From assembly GCA_018711005.1 (NCBI GenBank), contig DVIT01000015.1, forward strand, positions 1,801-65,800: DNA of 64,000 bases, read 5' to 3'. Under the pieces are notes generated by a model. The model searched no databases. It had not been told where the DNA came from and saw only the letters and a list, made by a program, of their open reading frames with translations. This document shows positions 25,963 to 36,928 of this stretch, one piece after another (positions within the stretch are counted from its first letter, which is position 1; each line of letters begins with the position of its first letter). Both the position numbers and the translations under genes were made by a program. This DNA is from Candidatus Scybalocola faecigallinarum. GTDB lineage: Bacteria; Bacillota; Clostridia; Lachnospirales; Lachnospiraceae.

Positions 25963-26402
25963 TAGATCACCTCTACTGTTCCACCAAGAGCCTGAATTTT
26001 CTCTGCTGCACCTGCACTGAAGGCATTTGCTTTCACAGTTAATTTTTTAGTAAGCTCACCATTTCCAAGAATTTTAACGCCGTCTTTAGGATTTTTAACA
26101 ATGCCGGATTCGATAAGTGTTTCCACTGTTACCTCAGCACCATCTTCAAAACGGTTCAGAGCATCAACGTTGATTCCTACGATTTCTTTACTGTTAATGT
26201 TTGTAAAGCCTCTCTTAGGAATACGTCTGTATAAAGGCATCTGGCCACCTTCAAAACCTGGTCTTGGAGCTCCGGAACGAGCTTTCTGTCCCTTATGGCC
26301 CTTACCTGCGGTCTTACCGTTACCGGAAGCGTGTCCACGGCCTCTTCTGAAATTATTGCTGTGCTTAGAACCAACGGCTGGTTTTAATTCTGATAAATTC
26401 AT
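25962..26402 (-). CDS. rplO: 50S ribosomal protein L15
   Basis: [42 protein letters not shown]. Confidence 0.98.
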   Translation of the reverse strand: MNLSELKPAVGSKHSNNFRRGRGHASGNGKTAGKGHKGQKARSGAPRPGFEGGQMPLYRRIPKRGFTNINSKEIVGINVDALNRFEDGAEVTVETLIESGIVKNPKDGVKILGNGELTKKLTVKANAFSAGAAEKIQALGGTVEVI

Positions 26403-26433
26403 CTTTGCACCTCCTTACATTTTTACAGGGAAA

Positions 26434-26616
26434 TCAGATTTCTTCAACTTTTACAAGATGTTTAACCTGGTTTACCATGCCTTTTACTGCTGCGTTGTTT
26501 GGCAATTCTACTGTGTGATGAAGCTTCTTAAGACCGAGAGCTTCTACAGTTTTCTTATGCTTAGGAACTGCACCAATTGTAGATTTAACTAAAGTGATCT
26601 TTAATTTATCTGCCAT
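26434..26616 (-). CDS. rpmD: 50S ribosomal protein L30
   Basis: LKITLVKSTIG, TVEALGLKK. Confidence 0.96.
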   Translation of the reverse strand: MADKLKITLVKSTIGAVPKHKKTVEALGLKKLHHTVELPNNAAVKGMVNQVKHLVKVEEI

Positions 26617-26632
26617 TTTTTATGCCTCCTTA

Positions 26633-27142
26633 TTACCCGCGAATCTCATCAACAGATTTGCCGCGCTTTTTGGCAACTTCTTCAATGGTTGTCAGGTTTG
26701 CAAGACCATCGATTGTTGCAAGTACAACATTCTGTTTGTTACTGGAACCCAGAGATTTTGTACGGATATTCTTATAGCCGGCAAGTTCGAGAACCGCACG
26801 GGCCGGGCCACCGGCGATGATACCAGTACCCAGAGGAGACTGTTTAAGTAAAACAGTTGCACTTCCGAATTTACCTAAATTATCATGTGTTACGCTGCCG
26901 TTTTCATCAACCGGCACTTCGATCAGTTTTTTGATAGCGTCTTCCTTGCCTTTGCGGATAGCTTCAGGAATTTCAGTAGCCTTTCCCAAGCCTGCGCCGA
27001 CATGTCCGTTGCCATCACCAACGACAACTAAAGCTGCGAAACGGAAGTTACGGCCGCCCTTAACAACCTTAGTTACACGTTTGATTGATACTACTTTTTC
27101 TGTTAATTCTAATTGACTAGCATCAATGATTGTACGTTTCAT
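26633..27142 (-). CDS. rpsE: 30S ribosomal protein S5
   Basis: [22 protein letters not shown]. Confidence 0.98.
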   Translation of the reverse strand: MKRTIIDASQLELTEKVVSIKRVTKVVKGGRNFRFAALVVVGDGNGHVGAGLGKATEIPEAIRKGKEDAIKKLIEVPVDENGSVTHDNLGKFGSATVLLKQSPLGTGIIAGGPARAVLELAGYKNIRTKSLGSSNKQNVVLATIDGLANLTTIEEVAKKRGKSVDEIRG

Positions 27143-27157
27143 GTGTTTTCCTCCTTG

Positions 27158-27526
27158 CTAGAATTGTAATCCAGCTTCTCTAGCTGCATCAGCTAATGCC
27201 TGAACTTTACCCTGATAGATAAATCCGCCTCTGTCAAAAACAACCTGTGTAATACCTTTTTCAAGAGCCTTTTTAGCAATAGCTGTGCCTACAGCAGCAG
27301 CAGCTTCAACATTGTTTGTCTTTTCAAGGCTTGCTTTGATCTCTTTTTCTACTGTAGAAGCAGCTACGAGAGTATTACCAACCGTATCGTCGATGATTTG
27401 AGCGTAAATATGATTATTACTTCTGAATACAGCTAAACGAGGACGCTGCGAAGTGCCTGCAAGATGATGGCGCAGACGTCTGTGTTTATTTTCGCGAATT
27501 TTACTTCTTGACTCTTTGCTAACCAT
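27158..27526 (-). CDS. rplR: 50S ribosomal protein L18
   Basis: [31 protein letters not shown]. Start is probably MVSK at 27526. Confidence 0.97.
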   Translation of the reverse strand: MVSKESRSKIRENKHRRLRHHLAGTSQRPRLAVFRSNNHIYAQIIDDTVGNTLVAASTVEKEIKASLEKTNNVEAAAAVGTAIAKKALEKGITQVVFDRGGFIYQGKVQALADAAREAGLQF

Positions 27527-27543
27527 TATATTCACTCCTTTAC

Positions 27544-28086
27544 TTATTTCTTACCAGTCTTACCAACTTTACGTCTGATAACTTCGTCAGCATACTTGAT
27601 ACCCTTGCCCTTATAAGGTTCAGGTCTTCTCTTGTCTCTGATCTCAGCCGCATACTGGCCAACCTTTTCTTTATCGATACCAGAAACTGTAATTTTGGTC
27701 TGACCATCAAGTGTGGTAGTAACGCCTTCCGGATCTACCATCTCAACAGGATGTGAATATCCTAAAGATAAGATTAATTTGTTGCCCTGTTTCTGAGCTC
27801 TGTAACCAACACCGTTGATTTCAAGATCTTTCTTGTAGCCCTCAGTAACACCAACAACCATATTATTAATAAGGGTTCTTGTAAGACCGTGTAAAGATTT
27901 CATTTTCTTTAAATCGTTCGGTCTTGTAACCACTACGTGTCCGTCTTCAATTTTAATGTCCATTTCAGCAGGTAATACTCTTTCAAGAGTTCCCTTAGGA
28001 CCTTTTACAGTCACTTTATTATTTTCTGCTATGTCTACAGTTACACCTGCAGGGATAGCGATTGGCATTCTTCCTATACGTGACAT
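27544..28086 (-). CDS. rplF: 50S ribosomal protein L6
   Basis: [20 protein letters not shown]. Confidence 0.98.
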   Translation of the reverse strand: MSRIGRMPIAIPAGVTVDIAENNKVTVKGPKGTLERVLPAEMDIKIEDGHVVVTRPNDLKKMKSLHGLTRTLINNMVVGVTEGYKKDLEINGVGYRAQKQGNKLILSLGYSHPVEMVDPEGVTTTLDGQTKITVSGIDKEKVGQYAAEIRDKRRPEPYKGKGIKYADEVIRRKVGKTGKK

Positions 28087-28135
28087 GCCCGTACCTCCAT
28101 AATATATATGATAAATTTAATAGATTCTAAGTGGA

Positions 28136-28280
28136 AGTTCTGCTCATATCTGCAGAACGGGTATGTTCGTTCGACTAAGCTCATCTCTCGCCTTTGGCTC
28201 GGATTCGCTAAGGCTCACGAACGATCTCGCACTAACCTCGGCCGCGCCCTTTGGGCTTGCCTCGCTAAGTGCTTTCGATC
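28136..28280 (-). repeat. Tandem pair of homologous hairpins plus a third small hairpin between rpsH and rplF
   Basis: Two 39-nt units (28174-28212 and 28231-28269) share CTTAGCGA...CCAAAGG...GAG.TTAGT, with compensatory stem changes. Confidence 0.65.
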
Positions 28281-28680
28281 ACCATACAAACGCTAAAACT
28301 TCGCCGCCTACGTGAAGTGCTCTGGCTTCTTTGTCTGTGATCACGCCTTTGTTTGTGGAAACAATGGCTACACCAAGACCGCCAAGTACCTTAGGCATTT
28401 CTTCTGCGTTTGCATAGACACGAAGACCCGGTTTGGAAATTCTCTTGATACCGGAAATTGTCTTCTGGTTCTTATCCTGACCATATTTTAATGTCACTTT
28501 GATGGTGCGTGTTACACCTTCGCCAGTGATCTCATAGCTTTTAATATAACCTTCATCAAAAAGGATCTTTGCAATAGCTTCTTTCATCTTTGATGCAGGA
28601 ATATCAACTGTATCATGTTTTGCAGTGTTTGCATTACGGATTCTTGTAAGCATATCTGCAATAGGATCGCTCATTGTCAT
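28279..28680 (-). CDS. rpsH: 30S ribosomal protein S8
   Basis: [32 protein letters not shown]. Confidence 0.98.
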   Translation of the reverse strand: MTMSDPIADMLTRIRNANTAKHDTVDIPASKMKEAIAKILFDEGYIKSYEITGEGVTRTIKVTLKYGQDKNQKTISGIKRISKPGLRVYANAEEMPKVLGGLGVAIVSTNKGVITDKEARALHVGGEVLAFVW

Positions 28681-28822
28681 GGAATATGTTCCTCCTTTTC
28701 AAACGTCTGATATACTGTCTTCAATTTCGGCGTTGGACACTTCATTTTGAAGTGTTCCCCGCCCGCATCGAAGATCAGCCTCACACCTTTTGACTGCTGA
28801 CTGCAGCTCAGGCGTCAAGGAA

Positions 28823-29008
28823 TTACCAGCTTGCCTTTGTAACACCAGGAATCTGGCCCTTATATGCTAATTCACGGAAGCAGATTCTGCAGATACCATA
28901 TTTTCTTAAGTAAGCATGTGGACGTCCACAGATTCTGCAGCGGCTGTATTCTCTTGTGGAAAATTTAGCAGGACGCTGCTGTTTAACTTTCATTGCTGTT
29001 TTAGCCAT
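28823..29008 (-). CDS. rpsZ: 30S ribosomal protein S14, type Z (Zn-binding)
   Basis: [10 protein letters not shown]...RCRICGR...[10 protein letters not shown]. True start at 29008. Confidence 0.97.
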   Translation of the reverse strand: MAKTAMKVKQQRPAKFSTREYSRCRICGRPHAYLRKYGICRICFRELAYKGQIPGVTKASW

Positions 29009-29024
29009 GAAATTTCCCTCCTTA

Positions 29025-29573
29025 TTATTTCTTGAATGGCATGCCAAACAATCTTAACAGTTCACGAGCTTCTTCGTCTGTATGAGCGGTTGTAACAAAA
29101 ATTACATCCATACCTCTTACCTTATCTACTTTGTCATACTCGATCTCGGGGAAGATCAGCTGTTCTTTAATACCTAAAGCATAGTTGCCTCTGCCGTCGA
29201 AGGAATCTGCGCTGACGCCTCTGAAGTCACGTACCCGGGGAAGGGCAAGATTGATCAGACGATCTGCAAATTCATACATTTTTTCACCTCTTAAGGTGAC
29301 TTTGCAGCCAATAGGCATACCTTCACGAATCTTGAAGTTAGCCACAGACTTTTTAGCTCTGGTGATCACAGCCTTCTGTCCGGCAATGATCTCCATATCC
29401 TTAACAGCTGCATCAAGAGTTTTTGCATTATCCTTTGCTTCACCAACGCCCATGTTGATGACGATCTTGTCAAGCTTAGGAACCTGCATAACGTTTTTAT
29501 ATCCAAATTTTGCAGTCATTGCTGCAACAATTTCATTATTGTAAGTTTCCTTTAATCTACTCACGTTTTGCAT
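29025..29573 (-). CDS. rplE: 50S ribosomal protein L5
   Basis: [27 protein letters not shown]. Confidence 0.98.
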   Translation of the reverse strand: MQNVSRLKETYNNEIVAAMTAKFGYKNVMQVPKLDKIVINMGVGEAKDNAKTLDAAVKDMEIIAGQKAVITRAKKSVANFKIREGMPIGCKVTLRGEKMYEFADRLINLALPRVRDFRGVSADSFDGRGNYALGIKEQLIFPEIEYDKVDKVRGMDVIFVTTAHTDEEARELLRLFGMPFKK

Positions 29574-29587
29574 CCTCCTTCCTGCGA

Positions 29588-29908
29588 TCAGTCGATGATC
29601 ACTGCTTCAGCATCCTTCACTTTAGCAGCACGAACTTTCTTTCCGTCCTTGATCTGATACTGGATCCGGGCAGGTTTTCCATTGTAAAGATACATTACAT
29701 TGGATACATGAAGCGGGCCTTCCTGATGGATGATGCCGCCCTGCTGATTTGCAGCTGAAGGTTTTGTGTGCTTTGTGATCATATTAACGCCTTCAACCAG
29801 CACTGTATTTTTCTTGTGGTTGACTGCGATAACTTTACCGTCTTTACCTTTATCTTTACCAGCGATCACTCTTACAAGGTCGCCTTTTTTAATCTTAATA
29901 CTAGACAC
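29588..29908 (-). CDS. rplX: 50S ribosomal protein L24
   Basis: [22 protein letters not shown] start at 29908 after AAGGAGG. Confidence 0.97.
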   Translation of the reverse strand: MSSIKIKKGDLVRVIAGKDKGKDGKVIAVNHKKNTVLVEGVNMITKHTKPSAANQQGGIIHQEGPLHVSNVMYLYNGKPARIQYQIKDGKKVRAAKVKDAEAVIID

Positions 29909-29921
29909 AGCCGATACCTCC

Positions 29922-30290
29922 TTACAGTACTTCCGGTGCCAGGGAAACAATCTTCATGAACTGTTTCTCTCTTAATTCCCGGGCTACTGGTCCAAAAATA
30001 CGTGTTCCTCTCGGGTTTAAGTCGTCTTTGATGATCACTGCTGCATTTTCATCGAACCGGATGTAGGAACCATCTTTACGACGAGCGCCTTTTACAGTAC
30101 GAACAACAACAGCTTTAACAACATCGCCCTTTTTAACAACTCCGCCTGGTGTTGCATCTTTGACCGAAGCAACAATAATGTCACCTATATTCGCATATCT
30201 TCTGGTGGAACCGCCTAATACACGGATGCAAAGAAGTTCTTTTGCACCGGTATTGTCAGCCACACGAAGTCTGGTCTCCTGTTGAATCAT
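29922..30290 (-). CDS. rplN: 50S ribosomal protein L14
   Basis: [28 protein letters not shown]. Confidence 0.98.
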   Translation of the reverse strand: MIQQETRLRVADNTGAKELLCIRVLGGSTRRYANIGDIIVASVKDATPGGVVKKGDVVKAVVVRTVKGARRKDGSYIRFDENAAVIIKDDLNPRGTRIFGPVARELREKQFMKIVSLAPEVL

Positions 30291-30320
30291 GACTTTTCCT
30301 CCTTATTGGCCTGATCTAAA

Positions 30321-30575
30321 TTATTTAGCTCTTTCGATAATTTCTACAAGTCTCCATCTCTTATCTTTAGATAATGGTCTTGTTTCCATAACTCTTACTC
30401 TGTCGCCAATATTGCACTCATTCTTTTCATCGTGAGCTTTTAATTTATACGTTCTATCAACGATCTTCTTATAAAGTGGATGTCTTACACGGTCCTGCAC
30501 AGCAACAACGACTGTTTTGTCCATCTTATTGCTGACAACGATACCCGTTCTTACTTTTCTAAGATTTCTTTCCAC
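30321..30575 (-). CDS. rpsQ: 30S ribosomal protein S17
   Basis: [21 protein letters not shown]. Confidence 0.98.
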   Translation of the reverse strand: MERNLRKVRTGIVVSNKMDKTVVVAVQDRVRHPLYKKIVDRTYKLKAHDEKNECNIGDRVRVMETRPLSKDKRWRLVEIIERAK

Positions 30576-30670
30576 AACAATGCTCCTTTCTTATGCCGTC
30601 ATCTTTCGGGTGATGCTCCTGACGATCCAGTCACATCACTGCGCTCTGACATGATAGAAGGCTGGCCGTA

Positions 30671-30880
30671 TTATTCGGCAGCGTTTGCCTTTTCAGTGAT
30701 GACTGTCTGGATTCTCGCAATGTTTTTGCGAACTTCCTTAATTCTGCTTGTGTTGTCTAACTGATTGGTTGCATTCTGGAATCTTAAGTTAAAAAGTTCC
30801 TTCTTTGCACTTACTAATTCTGTTTGCAGTTCTGCAACTGTCTTTGCCTTTAATTCTTTAACATAAGTATTAGTTTTCAC
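30671..30880 (-). CDS. rpmC: 50S ribosomal protein L29
   Basis: [21 protein letters not shown]. Probable GTG start at 30880. Confidence 0.95.
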   Translation of the reverse strand: MKTNTYVKELKAKTVAELQTELVSAKKELFNLRFQNATNQLDNTSRIKEVRKNIARIQTVITEKANAAE

Positions 30881-31307
30881 TGTTATCACCGCCTTCTAAG
30901 TCTGCGCGAGAAACAACTTTGCATTTCACCGGAAGCTTGTGTGTAGCAAGACGAAGAGCCTCTCTGGCAACTTCTTCGGATACGCCGGAGATTTCAAACA
31001 TTACTCTGCCTGGCTTAACAACGGCTACCCAGTATTCCAGTGTACCTTTACCGGAACCCATACGTGTTTCAGCTGGTTTAGTAGTTACAGGTTTGTCAGG
31101 GAAAATTTTAATCCAAACTTTACCGCCACGTTTGATGTAACGTGTCATAGCGATACGGGCTGCCTCGATCTGGTTGGATTTGATCCAAGCCGGCTCAAGT
31201 GCCACAATACCATATTCACCGTAAGTGATTTTATTACCACGCTGTGCAGTTCCTCTCATTGAGCCGCGGAACTGTTTACGACGCTTAACTCTTTTTGGCA
31301 TTAACAT
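30870..31307 (-). CDS. rplP: 50S ribosomal protein L16
   Basis: [18 protein letters not shown]. Confidence 0.98.
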   Translation of the reverse strand: MLMPKRVKRRKQFRGSMRGTAQRGNKITYGEYGIVALEPAWIKSNQIEAARIAMTRYIKRGGKVWIKIFPDKPVTTKPAETRMGSGKGTLEYWVAVVKPGRVMFEISGVSEEVAREALRLATHKLPVKCKVVSRADLEGGDNSEN

Positions 31308-31963
31308 TATTTATCGCTCCCTTCCTTGTTGCCCTTCACTGGAAGAACTTCGCCATGATAGATCCATGTTTTAACACCGATCTTACCATATGTTGTGTCG
31401 GCTTCAGCAAATCCATAATCAATGTCAGCACGAAGTGTCTGAAGTGGAATAGTACCTTCGCTGTAGAATTCTGTACGAGCCATATCAGCACCGCCAAGAC
31501 GTCCGGAAACAGAAGTCTTAATACCCTGGCAGCCGGCGCGCATTGTTCTCTGCATTGCAGATTTCATAGCACGTCTGAAGGATACACGGTTTTCAAGCTG
31601 TGTTGCAATGTTTTCAGCAACAAGCTGAGCATCCTTGTCAGGTCTCTTTACTTCTTTGATGTCAATAAGAAGCTTCTTGTTTGTGAATTTGGAAACTTCT
31701 TTCTTTACTTTTTCGATCTCAGCGCCGCCTTTACCGATCACAACACCAGGTTTTGCTGTATGAACGATAACTTTTAAACGGTCAGATGCTCTTTCGATCT
31801 CAATTCTGGCAATGCCAGCATTATATAATCTCTTTTTAAGATATTTACGGATATTGTAGTCTTCTACCAGATTATCGGCAAAGTCTGCTTCCGCATACCA
31901 TTTGGAGTCCCAATCTTTAATAATTCCGACTCTCAATCCGTGAGGATTAACTTTCTGTCCCAT
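31307..31963 (-). CDS. rpsC: 30S ribosomal protein S3
   Basis: [25 protein letters not shown]. Confidence 0.98.
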   Translation of the reverse strand: MGQKVNPHGLRVGIIKDWDSKWYAEADFADNLVEDYNIRKYLKKRLYNAGIARIEIERASDRLKVIVHTAKPGVVIGKGGAEIEKVKKEVSKFTNKKLLIDIKEVKRPDKDAQLVAENIATQLENRVSFRRAMKSAMQRTMRAGCQGIKTSVSGRLGGADMARTEFYSEGTIPLQTLRADIDYGFAEADTTYGKIGVKTWIYHGEVLPVKGNKEGSDK

Positions 31964-31974
31964 GATTCTCCTCC

Positions 31975-32361
31975 TTATCTTTCATTGAGCACTACTGTGA
32001 TGTGGCTCATTCTCTTTTCGATTCTGTATGCTCTGCCCTGTGCTCTCGGCTGAACGCGCTTCATCGTAGGTCCTTTGTTTGCGTAGCATTCCTCGATGTA
32101 AAGGTTGTTTCTGTTCATGCCGTTATTGTTCTCTGCATTTGCAATGGCAGATTCCAGTAACTTTTTGATAATGCTGGATGCATATCTTGGATTATATGAT
32201 AAAATAGCTAATGCTGTCTGCACATCTTTGCCTCTGATTGCATCAAGGACGAAGCATGCTTTCTGTACAGACACTCTTGCGTATGATAATTTTGCGCTTG
32301 GTCTTGTATCTTTGTTGGCATTTCTTTCTCTTTTAATCTGGGATCTATGTCCTTTAGCCAT
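31975..32361 (-). CDS. rplV: 50S ribosomal protein L22 with basic N-terminal extension
   Basis: [23 protein letters not shown]. Confidence 0.97.
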   Translation of the reverse strand: MAKGHRSQIKRERNANKDTRPSAKLSYARVSVQKACFVLDAIRGKDVQTALAILSYNPRYASSIIKKLLESAIANAENNNGMNRNNLYIEECYANKGPTMKRVQPRAQGRAYRIEKRMSHITVVLNER

Positions 32362-32387
32362 GGATACAGCCTCCTTTCAACCTATCC

Positions 32388-32666
32388 TTAACGTCTTGCT
32401 TTCTTTTCGTCTTTACCATGGCCTCTGTAGGTTCTGGTAGCAACGAACTCGCCTAATTTATGTCCAACCATATCTTCGGTAATATATACAGGAACATGCT
32501 TTCTGCCGTCATGTACTGCGATTGTATGTCCAACCATTTGTGGGAAGATTGTGGAACGACGGGACCAGGTTTTGATTACGCTCTTGTCCCCTGCTGCGTT
32601 CATGGCATCTACTTTTTTAAGTAAATGAGCATCTGCAAATGGTCCTTTTTTAAGTGATCTGGCCAT
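32388..32666 (-). CDS. rpsS: 30S ribosomal protein S19
   Basis: [25 protein letters not shown]. Confidence 0.98.
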   Translation of the reverse strand: MARSLKKGPFADAHLLKKVDAMNAAGDKSVIKTWSRRSTIFPQMVGHTIAVHDGRKHVPVYITEDMVGHKLGEFVATRTYRGHGKDEKKARR

Positions 32667-32688
32667 TGATCTAACCTCCTTAGATTAA

Positions 32689-33534
32689 TTATTTAATAAT
32701 GCTTCCGTCGCGTCTTCTTACGATCATCTTATTGGAATGCTTATTCTTCTTACGAGTCTTAAGACCCAGTGCCGGTTTGCCCCATGGAGTTAATGGGCCA
32801 GAGCGACCGATCGGAGCGCGTCCTTCACCACCACCGTGTGGATGGTCGTTGGGGTTCATAACAGAACCACGTACAGTTGGGCGGATGCCCATGTGACGTT
32901 TACGTCCAGCTTTACCAATGTTGATCAGTTCATGGTCGCCGTTGCCAACAACGCCGATAGTAGCTCTGCCGGAAATAGGCACCATTCTCATTTCGCCGGA
33001 AGGTAATCTAAGGGTTGCATACTTGCCTTCTTTTGCCATCAGCTGTGCAGAGTTTCCTGCGGAACGAACAAGCTGTCCGCCTTTACCAGGATGCAGCTCG
33101 ATGTTATGAAGCTCTGTACCTACAGGAATAGAAGAAAGAGGTAAGCAGTTACCGATTCTTACTTCTGCCTCAGGTCCGTTCATGATCTTCATGCCGACTT
33201 TCAGGCCTTCAGGAGCAAGGATATATGCTTTTTCGCCGTCTGCATAGCAGATCAGAGCGATATTTGCTGTTCTGTTCGGATCGTATTCAATAGCTTTAAC
33301 TGTAGCAGGAATACCATCTTTGTGATTTCTCTTGAAATCAACGATTCTGTATTTTTTCTTAGCGCCGCCGCCGTGATGTCTTACTGTGATTTTTCCCTGA
33401 CTATTACGTCCGGCATGTTTTTTAATAGATACTACAAGGGATTTCTCGGGAGTGGACTTTGTGATCTCAGAGAAATCAGAGCCGGTCATATGTCTTCTGG
33501 AAGGTGTATATGGGTTATAGGTTTTGATACCCAT
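32689..33534 (-). CDS. rplB: 50S ribosomal protein L2
   Basis: [21 protein letters not shown]. Start MGIKTY at 33534. Confidence 0.98.
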   Translation of the reverse strand: MGIKTYNPYTPSRRHMTGSDFSEITKSTPEKSLVVSIKKHAGRNSQGKITVRHHGGGAKKKYRIVDFKRNHKDGIPATVKAIEYDPNRTANIALICYADGEKAYILAPEGLKVGMKIMNGPEAEVRIGNCLPLSSIPVGTELHNIELHPGKGGQLVRSAGNSAQLMAKEGKYATLRLPSGEMRMVPISGRATIGVVGNGDHELINIGKAGRKRHMGIRPTVRGSVMNPNDHPHGGGEGRAPIGRSGPLTPWGKPALGLKTRKKNKHSNKMIVRRRDGSIIK

Positions 33535-33631
33535 TATATTCACTCCTTTCAAGTGTCAATTTATTATCACGCTTTTATTGCGTTTAAGGCGGAACGCATC
33601 CGGGCGTTCCTTATATAGTTACGATAAGGCA

Positions 33632-33931
33632 TTATAAGCCCTGGAAGATTTCAATATCTTTGCTTTCAGCTGTCAGTTTAACGATCGCTTTTTTAGTCTT
33701 AGCTGTACGACCAAATGTCATACCTCTTCTTTTTACCTTGCCATCGTTGTTCATTGTGTTTACAGAAGCAACCTTTGTTCCTTCAAACATCTTTTCAACA
33801 GCTTCTTTGATCTGGTTCTTTGTAGCGTCCGGATGAACGAAGAATGTGTACTTCTTTTCAGCCATAGCGTTCATGCTTTTTTCTGTAACAACCGGTTTAA
33901 GGATTACATCATAATATTTTAAATCTGCCAT
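33632..33931 (-). CDS. rplW: 50S ribosomal protein L23
   Basis: PVVTEKS, KKAIVKL. Confidence 0.97.
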   Translation of the reverse strand: MADLKYYDVILKPVVTEKSMNAMAEKKYTFFVHPDATKNQIKEAVEKMFEGTKVASVNTMNNDGKVKRRGMTFGRTAKTKKAIVKLTAESKDIEIFQGL

Positions 33932-34551
33932 TATGCGTACACCTCCTGGATTGTATCAACAGCATCTTTTGTTACAACAACAGTGTCGTATTTTAAGATG
34001 TCATATACGTTGATTGTGTTTGTCAGAGCTGTTTTAACAGTAGGAATGTTTCTTGCAGATAATGTTACATTGTCATTTTTCTCATTGAGAACGACTAAAG
34101 CCTTTGTAACCTTCAAGTTGTTCATAACAGCCTGGAATTTTTTAGTTTTGATCTCATCCATGTTGAAAGAATCAAGGACGATAAATTTATTTTCATTCAC
34201 TTTGGAAGTAAGAGCAGACTTAAGAGCAAGTCTTCTTTCCTTCTTGTTGATCTTAAATTCATAGTTTCTTGGCTTCGGAGCGAATACTACGCCGCCGCCT
34301 GTCCACTGAGGAGCTCTCGTTGAACCCTGTCTTGCGTGGCCTGTACCCTTCTGTCTCCAAGGTTTCTTTCCGCCGCCGGATACTTCGGAACGGGTTCTGG
34401 CACTCTGTGTGCCCTGACGTTTTGCAGCAAGATGATTGACTACTGCCATATGAACTAAATGCTCATTTACTTCAACACCGAAGATCGCATCGTTCAGTTC
34501 CATTTCGCCAACCTGATTGCCTTCAATATTGTAAACAGATACTTTTGCCAT
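33931..34551 (-). CDS. rplD: 50S ribosomal protein L4
   Basis: [26 protein letters not shown]. Confidence 0.98.
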   Translation of the reverse strand: MAKVSVYNIEGNQVGEMELNDAIFGVEVNEHLVHMAVVNHLAAKRQGTQSARTRSEVSGGGKKPWRQKGTGHARQGSTRAPQWTGGGVVFAPKPRNYEFKINKKERRLALKSALTSKVNENKFIVLDSFNMDEIKTKKFQAVMNNLKVTKALVVLNEKNDNVTLSARNIPTVKTALTNTINVYDILKYDTVVVTKDAVDTIQEVYA

Positions 34552-34573
34552 CTGTATATCCTCCTTCCAGCAA

Positions 34574-35203
34574 TTACGCTTTTACTGATTCTTTAAGCAT
34601 TACCAAAGACTTCTTCGGTCCAGGTACAGAGCCTTTAACCAGGATCAGATTCTGATCAGCATCAACTCTGACAACTTCCAGATTCTGAACAGTAACTTTT
34701 ACAGCGCCCATATGACCAGGCATGTGTTTGCCCTTGAATACGCGGCCCGGAGTTGTTGCAGAACCGTTGGAACCTGCATGTCTGTGGTATTTGGAACCGT
34801 GAGCCATAGGTCCTCTGGACTGTCCGTGTCTCTTAATAGCGCCCTGGAATCCTTTACCTTTGGATTTTGCAGTGGCATCGATCTTATCACCAGCAGCAAA
34901 AATGTCTGCCTTGATTTCCTGGCCTAATGTATAGCTTTCTGCATCTTCCAGTCTGAACTCTTTCACAAATCTCTTTGCAGAAACACCAGCCTTGGCAAAA
35001 TGACCTTTCTGAGGCTTATTTACCAGTTTTTCTCTGATGTCGCCATATCCAACCTGGATCGCACTGTAACCGTCATTTTCAACAGTTTTAACCTGTGTTA
35101 CCACACAAGGTCCAGCCTGAAGAACGGTTACCGGAGTTAAAACCCCATCTTCATTAAAAATCTGAGTCATTCCGACTTTTGTCGTTAAAATTGCTTTCTT
35201 CAT
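34574..35203 (-). CDS. rplC: 50S ribosomal protein L3
   Basis: [25 protein letters not shown]. Confidence 0.98.
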   Translation of the reverse strand: MKKAILTTKVGMTQIFNEDGVLTPVTVLQAGPCVVTQVKTVENDGYSAIQVGYGDIREKLVNKPQKGHFAKAGVSAKRFVKEFRLEDAESYTLGQEIKADIFAAGDKIDATAKSKGKGFQGAIKRHGQSRGPMAHGSKYHRHAGSNGSATTPGRVFKGKHMPGHMGAVKVTVQNLEVVRVDADQNLILVKGSVPGPKKSLVMLKESVKA

Positions 35204-35331
35204 TCTAAGAATGCACCTCCTGTTTTAATCTACAGCGGAACGCTTTCGCGCTCATCCTAGACGGTCTACTATGAGTATTCGGTGTATCCCGATCATCTAT
35301 ATAAACCCTAAGGATCATTAACTTAAATTAA

Positions 35332-35649
35332 TTATTTTGTTTTCATCTTGATGTCGATGTAAACGCCTGCAGGCATCTCCAGTCTGGATAATGCATCTAC
35401 AGTTTTCTGTGTCGGCGTAATAATGTCGATCAGTCTCTTGTGTGTTCTCTGCTCAAACTGCTCTCTGGAATCTTTGTATTTGTGAACAGCTCTTAAGATT
35501 GTAACAACCTCTTTCTTTGTCGGTAACGGCACCGGTCCGCTCACCTTAGATCCAGTCTTTTTAACAGTTTCAATGATTTTGCCAGCGCTCTGATCGATCA
35601 GTTTGTGATCATACGCCTTGAGAGTAATTCTCATTACTTGACTTGCCAT
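35332..35649 (-). CDS. rpsJ: 30S ribosomal protein S10
   Basis: [22 protein letters not shown]. Confidence 0.98.
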   Translation of the reverse strand: MASQVMRITLKAYDHKLIDQSAGKIIETVKKTGSKVSGPVPLPTKKEVVTILRAVHKYKDSREQFEQRTHKRLIDIITPTQKTVDALSRLEMPAGVYIDIKMKTK

Positions 35650-35875
35650 AAAAAAAGCCGCCTCCTTTTCGCACTTTCAATCAGTACGACAAGCGGTGAC
35701 TGTACACTCACCCGTGTGTATCCAAAACTTTCTCACACGCGTTTCTGCTCTCTCGACAGATGGTTTACTTGGTACAGTGACTTGTCGCCAGTTTTCTTAA
35801 CTTGACATTCGCTCCACGGAACACCTGCAAACACCTTGCAGCAACCTCACGCTTCATCGCTATCATGTCACAACA
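35650..35875 (-). ncRNA. Structured S10-operon 5' leader
   Basis: About 225 nt between the promoter and rpsJ. It opens with TAGCGATGAAGCGTGAGGTTGC, has long-range pairing CGACAAG..CTGTAC / GTACAG..CTTGTCG, and inner hairpins TCTG/CAGA and CGTGTG/CACACG. Confidence 0.7.
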
Positions 35876-35881
35876 TCAAGT

Positions 35882-35910
35882 ATTATACACGAAACACCCG
35901 GGTATTTCAA
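35882..35910 (-). promoter_or_regulatory. Sigma-A promoter of the S10 operon
   Basis: TTGAAA-17 nt-TATAAT with extended TG and an AT-rich UP-like tract. Confidence 0.85.
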
Positions 35911-36034
35911 GGATTTTTTTATTTTTTCGGAAATATTTTTTTCACAAATTTTACGAAGTTACATTATGTTTTTTATTCAATATGCTGTAGGGGGACCGAG
36001 GGTTCCCATCCAATAAGCCCCACATCATTATTAA

Positions 36035-36754
36035 TCAAAGCTGCCACAACCGATCTGGGATTGTAAACTCTCTCGCCGTATTTTGTACTGTACCCATCAT
36101 ACCATTGGCCAGGGATACATAAGCTTTTCCCTTAAGAAGATTGCTCAAAAAATCAATATAGGCTTTTTTATCCTGCTCCTTTATAAAATCCCTGTGAAAG
36201 ATGAAATCCCACTCATCCAGTATAAAAATAAATCTCTTAGAATCATACGCATTATATATAGAAGAAAGAGCATCCCAAACCGCATCATCCGGACGTATAT
36301 TGGCCTTTGGATAAGCAGATTTTAAATCTTCCAGCAGGCGGTCCTCAATACGGGTAATATAGCTTTCATAGTCCTGACACTTCCGGGGCAGCTCATTTAA
36401 TGAAATAAATATAACATCATACTTACCAATATAATCCTCATACTGTTTAAAATCTGAAATTTTAAGGCCACTAAATACTTTCCGGGTATCACGGGCCCGG
36501 GAGAAAAAGGCAGCAAGCATATTGGCAGCAACAGTCTTTCCAAATCTTCTCGGTCGTGTAATACAAATATAATTAGCGTTTGTTTCAATTCTGGGGATCA
36601 ATTCTCCAATCAGCAAAGATTTATCCACGAAATACGGACTGTTTGCGTCTTGAACAAAGGCATCACCTTTTATCAAGGAAACTCCAATAATCGAAAAGAT
36701 TCTTGATAACGATTCAGCCATGGGCCTTTTGGTGAATATTTCCTTATTACACAC
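36035..36754 (-). pseudogene. Truncated AAA-ATPase-like protein (family normally fused to a C-terminal PD-(D/E)XK domain)
   Basis: YFVDKS, ITRPRRFGKT (Walker A) and FILDEWD (Walker B) are present. Family-like sequence stops at KGKAYVSLA, where the TGI motif would follow, and the ORF is only 239 aa. Confidence 0.65.
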
Positions 36755-36830
36755 ATTTTACACAACCTTAATCCAAGGTTCATAGCATTTTAGGATTGGA
36801 ATGTTATGCTTTATATAAAGTTGATTTTTT

Positions 36831-36859
36831 TTGACGCTTGTACCATTTTATCATATAAT
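36831..36859 (+). promoter_or_regulatory. Sigma-A promoter for the PLC-family/MFS pair
   Basis: TTGACG-17 nt-TATAAT. Confidence 0.7.
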
Positions 36860-36928
36860 AATACAGTCAGCAGTCCCTGCGTTGGACCTGACATTTTGTA
36901 ACCTTATATAAAAAGGAGGGGACACCTC

